Shown: positions 1 through 9,371 of the stretch, piece by piece | Layout: every line of letters starts with the position of its first letter | Numbering within the stretch: position 1 is the first letter of the stretch | Origin: Bryobacterales bacterium | GTDB lineage: Bacteria > Acidobacteriota > Terriglobia > Bryobacterales > UBA6623 | Reading direction: 5' to 3' | DNA: 64,000 nt | NCBI GenBank assembly: GCA_965238045.1 | Contig: CBDEGU010000007.1 | Span: 67,271-131,270, forward strand | The notes under the pieces: generated by a model | Told to the model about the DNA's origin: nothing | Databases searched by the model: none | Seen by the model: only the letters and a program-made list of their open reading frames with translations | Position numbers and translations under genes: made by a program

Positions 1-23
1 AAAAGCTAAAAAATCGAGAAAAA

Positions 24-44
24 CCGGGCATTTCCGGACAAAAC
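24..44 (+). repeat. copy 1 of a 21-nt conserved core CCGGGCATTTCCGGACAAAAC, inside a C/A-rich segment (1-184)
   Basis: The same core recurs on the minus strand at 54344-54364 and 54474-54494 (19-20 of 21 nt identical). Each copy is preceded by an A-rich run. Confidence 0.6.
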
Positions 45-184
45 CTGTCACCGACCCTATCTTCAAACCCCAGCCGCACCAGCCGGGTCGCCTCCAAGAC
101 CGCCTTTCCCGGCGCCAAACCGCCACGCCGCCCCGTCCTCGTCTCTCGTGCGATGGCCCCGAAGCGCTGGCCGATAAGACCGTC

Positions 185-694
185 ATGGCGCCGCCGCTCA
201 CTGCTCCCCCCGCCGCCGACACCGACACCGGCACCGCCGCCGGCCCGCCGCTGGAAGTCCAGCTTCTCGACTCGCTATCGCGCATGTTGCGCCGGGGACA
301 CCGGCCGGCGAACTACCTGCTGCTCCGTCTGACCGACGGGCGAGTGAAGGCAGTCCTGGTTCCCGACGGCCTTGCTCAGGCAAGGGCCGAAGCAAGGCGG
401 ATTCGCAACGAGAACGGGCCACTGGAGGTCGCGCTCTACGCCGCCGTCAGCGAGCGAGACGGCGCGCTGCTGATCGAAGTCGGCGACCTCGCCAGCGGCC
501 GCCGTAGCCGCGCCATCCTGCGAGACAACGGCGGCGCTTGGCGCTGGCTCGGACGATCCAGCTACCCCGAGGCCGGCCCGGACGATCGCAGGAAGTCGGC
601 GATCTTCGCCGCGTCGTTGGGCATCACGATCGGCTTATTGCCGAACGCCGGGGCGATCGCCGCGCCGCCCGCCGTCTCGAGCTGCCCTGTGTGA
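185..694 (+). CDS. hypothetical protein (weak call)
   Basis: 169-aa ORF with GC-rich third codon positions over the first ~370 nt and no motif I recognise. The last ~130 nt overlap the convergent thrC 3' end, so the real extent is unclear. Confidence 0.3.
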   Translation: MAPPLTAPPAADTDTGTAAGPPLEVQLLDSLSRMLRRGHRPANYLLLRLTDGRVKAVLVPDGLAQARAEARRIRNENGPLEVALYAAVSERDGALLIEVGDLASGRRSRAILRDNGGAWRWLGRSSYPEAGPDDRRKSAIFAASLGITIGLLPNAGAIAAPPAVSSCPV

Positions 695-1965
695 TAGCGG
701 TAGACGAAATCCGGGTCCTTGAGCAGGTGCCCGGTCAAGATGGCGACCACATCGGCCTCGTGGTCGATCACCCCGGCGGCGGTCAGTTTTCGTATCCCGG
801 CGAGGGTGGCCGCCGAGGCCGGCTCGCAGCCGAACCCGCAGCGTCCGATGACCGACTTGGCGTCGGCGATCTCCTGCTCGGAGACCGAGCCCGCGCAGCC
901 GCCGCTCGATTCGACCTCGAAGCGAGCCTTCTCCCACGAAACCGGCGCTCCGATGCGAATCGCGGTGGCCAGCGTCTCGGGCTCCTCGACATTGCGGATC
1001 ACGCTTCGATCCTCGCGCTGGAACAGATCGAAGAAGGGCGCGGCTCCTTCGGCTTGAATGACCGCCAGCCGCGGGATTCGCTCGATCAGGCCGATCTGTT
1101 TCAGCTCGCGCAAGGCCTTGCCCAGCGCCGAGACATTGCCCAGATTGCCGCCCGGCAGCACGATCCAATCCGGTGTCTTCCAGCCTCGCTGGTCGAGCAT
1201 CTCGATGCAGATCGTCTTCTGGCCCTCGATGCGAAACGGATTGATCGAGTTCAGCAGATAGACGCCCAGCTCTTCGGCAAGACGGCGCACCAGAGCGAGA
1301 ATCTGGTCGAAATTCGCTTCCACCTCGATCGTCAGCGCGCCGTACTCGAGCGCCTGGGCCAGCTTGCCGTAAGCGATATTGCCGTGCGGGATGAAGACGA
1401 TCGCCTGCAGGTCCGCGGCCGCGGCGTAGGCGGCCATCGACGCGGATGTATTGCCCGTGGAAACGCAGGCGACCCGCTTCATGCCCAAACTTCGAGCCTG
1501 AGCCACGCCCGCCGTCATGCCGTTGTCCTTGAACGACCCGGAGGGGTTATAGCCCTGGTGCTTGAACTGGACGCGGGCCAGTCCCCCGTAGGAGGCTGCG
1601 CGAGGCGCCTCGAACAGCGGCGTATTGCCCTCGCCGAGCGTGACGATGTGCGCGGGATCCTCGACGAATGACAGCAGTTCGCGGTAGCGCCAGACTCCGC
1701 TGACATCCAGCCGCTCGCGGCTCGTTCGGCGCGCGGTCCAGGTCTTGGCCAGCTCGCCGGCGTCAAGGGAGGAAAGGTCGTATTCGGCTTCCAGCAGGGC
1801 GCCACAATCGCGGCACTGATAGATCACCTCGCTGATGGCGTAGTACTTGCGGCACTCGGGGTTGAAACAGACCAGACGGGCTTGCATGACTCGAGGATTG
1901 TCCGGGTGAGGTAAGGCGGCGGGAAGCCTTGGAGGAAACCCTTTCATGGTAACAGCGCCGGACAT
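562..1965 (-). CDS. thrC: threonine synthase
   Basis: PLP-lysine context PSGSFKDNG, an N-terminal Cys ribbon (CFNPEC...CRDCG) and ThrC-like sequence throughout. The start is uncertain (in-frame ATGs at 1965, 1947 and 1887). Confidence 0.9.
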   Translation of the reverse strand: MSGAVTMKGFPPRLPAALPHPDNPRVMQARLVCFNPECRKYYAISEVIYQCRDCGALLEAEYDLSSLDAGELAKTWTARRTSRERLDVSGVWRYRELLSFVEDPAHIVTLGEGNTPLFEAPRAASYGGLARVQFKHQGYNPSGSFKDNGMTAGVAQARSLGMKRVACVSTGNTSASMAAYAAAADLQAIVFIPHGNIAYGKLAQALEYGALTIEVEANFDQILALVRRLAEELGVYLLNSINPFRIEGQKTICIEMLDQRGWKTPDWIVLPGGNLGNVSALGKALRELKQIGLIERIPRLAVIQAEGAAPFFDLFQREDRSVIRNVEEPETLATAIRIGAPVSWEKARFEVESSGGCAGSVSEQEIADAKSVIGRCGFGCEPASAATLAGIRKLTAAGVIDHEADVVAILTGHLLKDPDFVYRYHTGQLETAGGAAIAPAFGNKPIVMPNDAAKIADFLRSSGPASG

Positions 1966-2076
1966 GCCGGGCCGCTCGGAGGCTCTTGGTCCGGGTGCTC
2001 GCCCGCGTCCGGGGCGATGCTATCGTGGGGAAGCAGAATCGGTGCCGGCGGGGCACAGTTTGTGGAGACGGGGAGC

Positions 2077-2823
2077 ATGATAGAGCAAGCGCGCCGATGG
2101 GTCCGGGATGCCCACAGCATCGTCGGGTTTTCCGGCGCGGGCATCTCGACCGAATCCGGCGTGCCGGACTTCCGCGGTCCTGACGGCGTTTGGGCGCGGA
2201 ACCGGACGGTCTATTTCCAGGAGTTCTTGGCCAACGAAGAGGACCGCGTCGAAGCCTGGCGGCAGAAGGCCGCGATCTGGCCCGAGATGCGCGCCGCCCG
2301 GCCCAACGCCGGTCACATGGCGTTCGTCGGGCTTGCCCGGCGAGGCAAGCTCAAGGCCATGATCACGCAGAACATCGAGCGCCTGCATCAGCGATCGGGT
2401 CTGAGTCCGCATCTCGTATTGGAGCTTCACGGCACGACGGCCGAAGCGGTTTGCCTGACTTGCGAGGCTCGAATTTCAATGGACGAAGCCGCGGAGCGTA
2501 TTGCGTCGGGCGAGGCTGCTCCCAAGTGCCGGGACTGCGGCGGGCTGTTGAAGCCGGCGACCATCTCGTTTGGCCAGCCCATGCCGGCCGGCGTGATGGC
2601 GCGAGCCGAACAGGCGGCGCGGTCCTGCGATCTGTTCCTTGCCGTGGGCTCCTCGCTGGTCGTGCATCCGGCCGCCGGACTGCCTCTGATCGCCAAGCAC
2701 GCCGGAGCGAAGCTGATCATCATCAACCGCGAAGAAACTCCGCTCGACGGGGAGGCGGACTTGGTGTTCCACGAAGAGATCGGCCGAGTTCTGCCCGCGA
2801 TCGTCGGGGATGCTGGGCTGTGA
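2077..2823 (+). CDS. cobB: NAD-dependent protein deacylase, Sir2 family
   Basis: Sirtuin motifs GAGISTESGVPDFRG and LELHGT, with a zinc site CLTC...CRDCG. ATG 2077 follows GGAGACGGGGAG. The longer ORF from 2017 is less likely. Confidence 0.85.
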   Translation: MIEQARRWVRDAHSIVGFSGAGISTESGVPDFRGPDGVWARNRTVYFQEFLANEEDRVEAWRQKAAIWPEMRAARPNAGHMAFVGLARRGKLKAMITQNIERLHQRSGLSPHLVLELHGTTAEAVCLTCEARISMDEAAERIASGEAAPKCRDCGGLLKPATISFGQPMPAGVMARAEQAARSCDLFLAVGSSLVVHPAAGLPLIAKHAGAKLIIINREETPLDGEADLVFHEEIGRVLPAIVGDAGL

Positions 2824-3102
2824 TCTTTCACTAGGTTGTTCGTTCGGCCCCGGACCAGGGAAGCTGGAGTTATCCCACGGCAGCAACCTTGGAGGAGCCG
2901 AATGAACACCCATCAGAACGCCTTATGGACGCCCACGGGCCGGGCCCAATGGGTCCGGCGCATCCTCGCCGGGGAGACGCCTGCGGGCCGCCGGCTACTA
3001 CGGCTCCCTCGGCGTCCGCATCCGCCGCCTGCTCACCGGCAACGGCTCTTGCCATCACTCCCGGCTCCTGATTCCCGCGAACAACGTGTTGACCTTCCAC
3101 AG

Positions 3103-4269
3103 CTAGACCGCATAGCGCCGCAAGGCATCCTCGTCGAGTTCCACTCCCAAACCCGCGGTGCGCGGAACGGTCGCATACCCATTCTTAATCTCAATCGGGC
3201 GAACCAGCAGGTCAGCTACACGCTGATGAGAAAGAATGTCGCTCGGCAGCGTGCAGTTCTCAGCCGCCGCGCAGGAATGAACGAAGGCCGCGTCCTTGAT
3301 GCCGAGTTCATGTCCGGACCCATGCCAGACCGGCATCCCGGCGCCCCCCGCCACTGCTGCGTTGATGACGAACCCGTGCATCGACGGGTTGGGGCCCGTG
3401 TTGATGTAGCGGCAAGATCCGGCCTTGATGCCGGCGATGATGCGGGCCGGGCTGCCGGCCGTGAGCGTAATGGGCGTCTTAAGCAACTTGTTGAGTTTCG
3501 CCAGTTCGCCGAGATCATCGACCGGGTCCTCGATCGTCCGCATATTGCCGATTTCATCGAGCGCCTTGCCGATGGGCAGGAACTCCGCGGCCGTCTCGTA
3601 GTGACGGTTGAAGTCGACCGTGATTTTCACATCGGGAGCTACCTGACTCACAGCCCGCACCGCCTCAAGGATCGGGTCGCCGGGCCGGCCTTTCATCTTT
3701 AAGGCCTTGAAGCCGCCCGCGAGCGTTCGCTCGGCGACCCGCCGGGCATCGGCCGCGTTCTTCCGCCCGCACCAGTAGGGCACGAAGACCTTGTCCTGCG
3801 CCAGACCCCCGAGCAACTGGTAGACGGGCCACCCAAAGGCCTTCCCGATGGCGTCGTAGAGAGCGATTTCAAAAGCGGCTTGGGTGCGCCGGTTGGGCAG
3901 GTTGAGCCGCGAGAGATTTTGGTCCAGCGCGTTCTTGCCCGTCAGATATTTCGCGTTCTCGAGTCCGCCTTCCTTGGGTACGTTTCGCGATGTCTCGCCG
4001 ATGCCCGCGATCCCCGAATCGGTATGCAGCTTCACGATCACCTTGGGACCCTTGGGAAACTCCGACAGCGCGTCGGGGTTGAACTCGGGGCTGTTGATGA
4101 TGTCGTCCTGAATGGGGATGACGACCTGAAACACTTCGATCTTCGTGATCTTGAGCCGCTCGTTCTTTCCCGCCGCCGAAAGCGGCAGTGCCGCCAAACC
4201 GGCCAGGCCCGCGCCGCGAGCTAGCAGATTCCCCAGCAGACCCCTGCGAGAGATACTGTCCGATTCCAT
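3103..4269 (-). CDS. enolase-superfamily enzyme (mandelate racemase/muconate lactonizing family) with a twin-arginine signal
   Basis: MR/MLE-like sequence (KALKMKG, TVDFN, IEDP). The N-terminus is SISRRGLLGNLLARGAGLAGLAALPLSAAG. Confidence 0.8.
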   Translation of the reverse strand: MESDSISRRGLLGNLLARGAGLAGLAALPLSAAGKNERLKITKIEVFQVVIPIQDDIINSPEFNPDALSEFPKGPKVIVKLHTDSGIAGIGETSRNVPKEGGLENAKYLTGKNALDQNLSRLNLPNRRTQAAFEIALYDAIGKAFGWPVYQLLGGLAQDKVFVPYWCGRKNAADARRVAERTLAGGFKALKMKGRPGDPILEAVRAVSQVAPDVKITVDFNRHYETAAEFLPIGKALDEIGNMRTIEDPVDDLGELAKLNKLLKTPITLTAGSPARIIAGIKAGSCRYINTGPNPSMHGFVINAAVAGGAGMPVWHGSGHELGIKDAAFVHSCAAAENCTLPSDILSHQRVADLLVRPIEIKNGYATVPRTAGLGVELDEDALRRYAV

Positions 4270-4351
4270 GTCGTTCCTCCCTGTCTTGATAGTGTGTCTT
4301 GATGCCGTCTTCGTGGCTCGTGAAAGGTTTTTGCGGAAGCATCCACGATGG

Positions 4352-5767
4352 CTAGTTGGCGGCCGCCCTCTGCCCCAGTTCCACCGACAGCTTGTCGTCG
4401 TGTTCCTCGCCCCAGGTCTTCACCAGACCCGCCATTCGCTGAACGACCCCGCGCTGGCCGGGCGCGTTGTAGAGATTATTCGCTTCCGCGGGATCGCCTC
4501 GCATGTCGTAGAGTTCGCCGGGCCGAAAGACCGGGCGGCCTCCGAACTTGCGCAGGATGATCTTATGCTGCCCGGTCCGCAGGGCGCGTTCTTCATAGAA
4601 CGAGCCCTCAATGGCCCGCTGCGGGAGGTTCTGGATCATGATCGGCCGGTCCCATTCATCCAGCCCCTGCTCGGCGGCGGCAAGCAGACTTCGTCCATGA
4701 ATCACCGGCCGGAAATCGTTTCCGTACGCTCCCATGATGGGCTTGATACCGGCGGCGTCGAGTATCGTCGGCATCAGATCGACCGAGCTGATGCCCGATC
4801 GCCAGACCGACCCGGCCCGCAGCCGCTCGGGGTATCGCATGATCAGAGGCACTCGCGCCGCCTCGTCGTAGGAAATGCACATCCCCTCGATGGTTCCCGG
4901 CCGGTCGATCCAGGTGCGTCCGTGTTCGGTCGAGAAGATGATCAATGTGTTGTCGAGAATATTGTGACGCCGCAGAGCGCCCAGCAACCGGCCGACATTC
5001 CAATCCAGTGCGCTTACCGACCCGTAGTAGCCGGCATGTTCCTGCCCCTGGTAGTGTTCCAAAAACTGCTTCGGCGGATCGAGCGGCTCGTGGGGTGAGT
5101 AGTAGGACTGATACAGAAAGAATGGCTCGTTGGCGTGCCGCTCGATGAACTGGATTCCCTGATCGGTATGAACATCGGGGCGATAGCGCGACTGATGCGG
5201 TTCGCCGATCCAGTGCAACAGCAGCGAATTGAAGGACTTGAAATAGTCAAAAAATCCCGGATTCGCCGGCCCCAGATGCCATTTGCCGACGTGAGCGGTG
5301 GCGTAACCCGAGCTGTTCAGGTAATAGACGAAGTTGTCCCATAGCCGGAAACGCTGGTCGCGAAACGGATCGATGATCGCTTCCTGGTAAGTCGAGTTGC
5401 TCGGCCCCGGGCTGTGGGGGTAGACGTTGCGTTGGATCCCGTGGCTGTGAGGATAGCTGCCGGTGAGAATCGAGGCCCGATTCGGCCCGCAGAGCGCCTG
5501 TGCCACGTAACAGTTGTCGAAGCGCATGCCCGTCTCGGCCAGATAGTTGAGGTTGGGCGTGTGGACGTCCCGCTCGCCGTAGGCGCCGATGGCGTCGCGG
5601 CGGCACTTGTCGAAGAGGATAAACAGGATGTTCGGCGGCCGATCTCCCGCGGGCTGATACGCCCCTTGCGCCGCGGAGGCCGAGGTCAGCGGGGCCGAGG
5701 TCAGCGGGGCCGAGGCCGAAGTCAGCGGGGCCGCCGCAACACCGGTAAGAAAAGCTCTGCGATCCAT
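4352..5767 (-). CDS. sulfatase (formylglycine type), Tat signal
   Basis: N-terminal PPNILFILFD and the sulfatase signature CGPNRASILTG. Start taken at MDRRAFLTG (ATG 5767 preceded by GGAGG). The longer ORF to 5899 is rejected. Confidence 0.85.
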   Translation of the reverse strand: MDRRAFLTGVAAAPLTSASAPLTSAPLTSASAAQGAYQPAGDRPPNILFILFDKCRRDAIGAYGERDVHTPNLNYLAETGMRFDNCYVAQALCGPNRASILTGSYPHSHGIQRNVYPHSPGPSNSTYQEAIIDPFRDQRFRLWDNFVYYLNSSGYATAHVGKWHLGPANPGFFDYFKSFNSLLLHWIGEPHQSRYRPDVHTDQGIQFIERHANEPFFLYQSYYSPHEPLDPPKQFLEHYQGQEHAGYYGSVSALDWNVGRLLGALRRHNILDNTLIIFSTEHGRTWIDRPGTIEGMCISYDEAARVPLIMRYPERLRAGSVWRSGISSVDLMPTILDAAGIKPIMGAYGNDFRPVIHGRSLLAAAEQGLDEWDRPIMIQNLPQRAIEGSFYEERALRTGQHKIILRKFGGRPVFRPGELYDMRGDPAEANNLYNAPGQRGVVQRMAGLVKTWGEEHDDKLSVELGQRAAAN

Positions 5768-5995
5768 AGATGCCTCCTCGGGCGCAACTAGTATACGTTG
5801 TTCAGAGAGGGGCGGGCGCGCTCCTGATCCCGCGACCTGGGTCCATGGCCCGTGTTCCCCAGTGCATACCCACTCAGCGATCACGACATGACCGATCACG
5901 AACGGGCCGCGGCAACATGGGTTGGGTCAAAATAGTCAAAATGGTGGAGACGCCTCTCCCTCCCCGGCGAGCGGCGCCGGCAACACCGGAGCAAT

Positions 5996-6955
5996 ATGCG
6001 AGAAATCCGTCTGGGTGTCGCGCAATTTGAAGCCCGCGATCGCGACAAGGCTTATAACCTGGCCCGCATCGAGGAGCTAGCCCGCGAGGGGGCCGCCGAT
6101 GGAGCGGAACTGGTCTGCTTCCACGAGTGTTCGATCCCCGGCTATTCCTTTCTTGAAAATCTCTCGCGTGGCGAGATCGAAGAGCTTGCCGAATCGGTTC
6201 CCGGCGGCCGGTCGATCCAGCAGCTGATCGCGCTTGCCGATTCGCTGGGCGTCGCTCTCTCGGCCGGCCTCGTCGAACAAGACGACGGACATCTCTACAA
6301 CACCAGCGTCGTCGTGGATCGCAACGGGCTGGTCGCCAAGCATCGCAAGATTCATGCCTTTGTCAGCGGCGAGCTGACTTGCGGTGACAGTTACACGGTG
6401 TTTGACTTTCTCGGCGCGCGGTTCGGCATGCTCATTTGCTACGACGCGAACTTGCCCGAGAATGTCCGGCTGACGGCGATGATGGGCGCCGAGATCATTC
6501 TGGTGCCGCATGTCACCGGCTGTTTGCCGAGCCCCATGCCCGGCCGCGGCGTGGTCGCGCGGGAGGTTTGGGAAAATCGCGAGCGCGATCCCGAGCGCTG
6601 CCGGCAAGAGTTCGACGGACCCAAAGGCCGTGGCTGGCTGATGCGCTGGCTGCCGGCCAGAGCTTATGAGAACGGCGTCTATCTCGTTTACTCCAATCCG
6701 ATCGGCGCCGACGGCGACACCATCAAGCCGGGCGGCTCCTTGGTTCTCGATCCCTTTGGCGAGATCCTGACCGAGTGCCGGCTCCTTGGCGACCAAGTGG
6801 TGGTGGCGACTCTCGATCCGGCGAAGCTCAAGCTCGCCCCGGGGCAGTCTTATATCCGCGCCCGGCGGCCTGAGTTGTACGGAGCGATGACCGCGCCGAA
6901 TCCGAATCTCGGGCCCGGCGGAAAACCCGATGTCTGGTGGAAAACGCATCGCTAA
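5996..6955 (+). CDS. carbon-nitrogen hydrolase (nitrilase superfamily)
   Basis: Glu-Lys-Cys triad contexts FHECSIPGY, HRKIHAF and MLICYD. Confidence 0.85.
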   Translation: MREIRLGVAQFEARDRDKAYNLARIEELAREGAADGAELVCFHECSIPGYSFLENLSRGEIEELAESVPGGRSIQQLIALADSLGVALSAGLVEQDDGHLYNTSVVVDRNGLVAKHRKIHAFVSGELTCGDSYTVFDFLGARFGMLICYDANLPENVRLTAMMGAEIILVPHVTGCLPSPMPGRGVVAREVWENRERDPERCRQEFDGPKGRGWLMRWLPARAYENGVYLVYSNPIGADGDTIKPGGSLVLDPFGEILTECRLLGDQVVVATLDPAKLKLAPGQSYIRARRPELYGAMTAPNPNLGPGGKPDVWWKTHR

Positions 6956-7150
6956 CCCGCGCTGGCTTCGGGTGCCGCCCTGATGCGGCTGGCCGGAGAG
7001 CGCCGAGAGCGGGCGGCGGCGCGATCTTGAGCGACGCCCTCCGCGAAAAGCATCAGAATTCACAGTGTTTCGCCGATAGAGCGGTGAAGTCGGTTATTCT
7101 CAAAAGAAGGCGCTCGGGTCTCGGTCCGCGGCGCCGGGCCCGAGCCATCC

Positions 7151-8398
7151 ATGATCGCGTCAAGTGCGCACACTCTGCCGGTTAGTTTCGAGTTCACGAT
7201 GTGGACTCTGCAATTGGGCGTTTTGTGGGCGCACTTTCACCTTTTCGTGTGGGCCCGCCGGGCGCTCACACAAGGCGGGTCGAGGCGCGGAGTGGCATGG
7301 GCCACTCTGGTGCTGCTGTGCGGACTTGTGATGTCGAGTTGCTCGGGACTGCTCAATTTCAACGGCATGCTTTTTGGACCGCTCCACCCGCCGCTGTTTT
7401 GGAAACTGGGCGCTTCGGTCTGGATCACGGGCATTCTTGGGGCTTACTTAGTTCTGCTCGCCGGCCGGCTTGCGCGGCGGTATATCCAGCCTCCCGCCGG
7501 CGATGCAGCGGCACAAGAGACCTCGCGGGCAGGCGCGGACCCGGACGCGGTTTCGGCGCCGATCATCAGCAGGCGGCGGATCCTTTCGAATCTTTCTCGC
7601 GCCGCGGCCGGCGTTCCGTTCGCGGTCGGGGCGTATGGCACGTTCGTGGGCCGGCGATCGTTTGAGTTGTGCGAGGTGGACCTGTTGATTCGCGACTTGC
7701 CGGCGGATCTTGAGGGTTTTCGGTTGGCGCAGGTGACCGACCTGCACTGCGGGCCGTATCTGCCGCCGCGAGACGTTGAAATCGTAGCCGCGATGGTGAA
7801 TGAGACCAAACCCCATCTGGTAGTGGTGACAGGTGATTTCATTACGGTCTCGGAAGATCCCCTCAAACCTTGTCTTGACGCCTTGTCCGGCATGAAGGCC
7901 GACTTCGGGTTGTGGGGCTGCATGGGCAACCACGAAATCTACGCGCGGTGCGAGAAGTTCACCGAGGACTACGGCCGCTCCCGCGGGATCGAGTTCCTCC
8001 GCCAGCGCTCGAGCCTGCTGCGCGTCGGGGACGCAAAGCTCAATCTCTGTGGCGTGGACTATCAGCGCAAGAGAGACCCGTATCTGCAAGGCGCCGCGAA
8101 GCTGCGGCGGCCCGGGGCGGTGAACGTCTTGCTGACCCACAACCCGGACGTATTTCCCGTGGCGGCGAAGATGGGCTATGACCTGGTGATCGCGGGCCAC
8201 ACGCATGGAGGACAAATCACCGTCGAAATTCTCGAGCAGTGGGCGAACCCGGGCCATTTTTTCACTCCCTACGTCGCCGGCGAATACCGCATCGGCGACT
8301 CGGCGCTGTATGTCAGCCGGGGGATTGGCACGGTCACTTTGCCGATGCGGATCGGCGCGCTGCCGGAGGTCACCCTGCTCAAGCTGCGCCGGGCCTGA
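7151..8398 (+). CDS. membrane-anchored metallophosphoesterase
   Basis: N-terminal hydrophobic helices, then an SRRRIL motif, then phosphoesterase motifs DLHCG, GDFI, GNHE and GHTHGG. Confidence 0.8.
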   Translation: MIASSAHTLPVSFEFTMWTLQLGVLWAHFHLFVWARRALTQGGSRRGVAWATLVLLCGLVMSSCSGLLNFNGMLFGPLHPPLFWKLGASVWITGILGAYLVLLAGRLARRYIQPPAGDAAAQETSRAGADPDAVSAPIISRRRILSNLSRAAAGVPFAVGAYGTFVGRRSFELCEVDLLIRDLPADLEGFRLAQVTDLHCGPYLPPRDVEIVAAMVNETKPHLVVVTGDFITVSEDPLKPCLDALSGMKADFGLWGCMGNHEIYARCEKFTEDYGRSRGIEFLRQRSSLLRVGDAKLNLCGVDYQRKRDPYLQGAAKLRRPGAVNVLLTHNPDVFPVAAKMGYDLVIAGHTHGGQITVEILEQWANPGHFFTPYVAGEYRIGDSALYVSRGIGTVTLPMRIGALPEVTLLKLRRA

Positions 8399-8419
8399 TT
8401 TGCCTCCTCTTGGTGTCTC

Positions 8420-9154
8420 ATGCGTTATCTGATTCTGAGTGACATTCACGCCAACCTGCAGGCGCTCGAGGCGGTGCTGCGCGACGCCGAAGGTTGCTAC
8501 GAGGAGATCTGCTGTCTTGGGGATGTTGTCGGTTACGGCGCCGACCCCAACGCCGTCACCGAATGGGTCCGGACGCATGTCAAGAGCACAATTCGCGGCA
8601 ACCACGACAAGGCCTGCTGCGGCATCGAAGACACGGAGTACTTCAATCCCATCGCCAAGGCAGCCGTCGAGTATACGCTTGAGAAGCTGACCAGTGATAA
8701 CCGCCGCTACCTGCGCGAGCTAGACCGCGGGCCGTTCCAGGTGGGTCATTTCTTGATCGTTCACGGATCGGTTCTGGACGAGGATGAGTACCTCATCGGC
8801 CCGGGCGACGCCCTTCCACAATTTCCTTGCACACCGTATGAACTGATCTTTTTCGGACACACTCATGTGCAGGGCGGGTTCTTGCTTTGGGACGCAAAGC
8901 GCCCGGGCGAACCGGCGACTTACCGCGCGGGAGGCTCGCTGCAACTAACCGCCGGCCGCCGGCAGTTGCTCAATCCCGGGTCGGTCGGTCAGCCCAGGGA
9001 CGGCGACTGGAAGGCGGCCTACGCTCTGTATGATTCCAGCAGGGGCGTCGTGGAGTTCCGAAGGTGTGCATACGATGTCGCCGCGGCGCAGCAGAGGATA
9101 TGCGACGCCGGTCTGCCGCCGCAACTGGCGGAGCGGCTGGCTTTCGGCCGCTAG
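8420..9154 (+). CDS. metallophosphoesterase family protein (YfcE-like)
   Basis: Motifs SDIHAN, GDVVGYG, GNHD and GHTH. Confidence 0.8.
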   Translation: MRYLILSDIHANLQALEAVLRDAEGCYEEICCLGDVVGYGADPNAVTEWVRTHVKSTIRGNHDKACCGIEDTEYFNPIAKAAVEYTLEKLTSDNRRYLRELDRGPFQVGHFLIVHGSVLDEDEYLIGPGDALPQFPCTPYELIFFGHTHVQGGFLLWDAKRPGEPATYRAGGSLQLTAGRRQLLNPGSVGQPRDGDWKAAYALYDSSRGVVEFRRCAYDVAAAQQRICDAGLPPQLAERLAFGR

Positions 9155-9371
9155 CGAGCGCCGCCGCCCGCCGGATCGGAGCACGGCGGGCGCGATCCCG
9201 GTGTCAGCTGGCCGGCGGGGTTGCAATCCGGCCGATGTTCTATAATGTAGGCGGATTCGCGGTTGTTTCAGGCGCACGTTTTCTGAGCACGGGGAGCGGC
9301 GGCTGACCGAAACCGTCGCTGCCGGCGGCTCTGCTCGGGGGGTGTCCACAGCTCCTGCTTGATGATCCGCG

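Noticed and set aside
538-1671. 377-aa plus-strand ORF, plus several other ORFs over 100 aa overlapping thrC
   Set aside because: It is antisense to a clearly recognisable threonine synthase. The translation is Arg/Gly/Ala-rich and low-complexity, typical of shadow ORFs in high-GC DNA.
7448-8605. 385-aa minus-strand ORF
   Set aside because: It is antisense to the two metallophosphoesterase genes, has no motifs, and has shadow-ORF composition.
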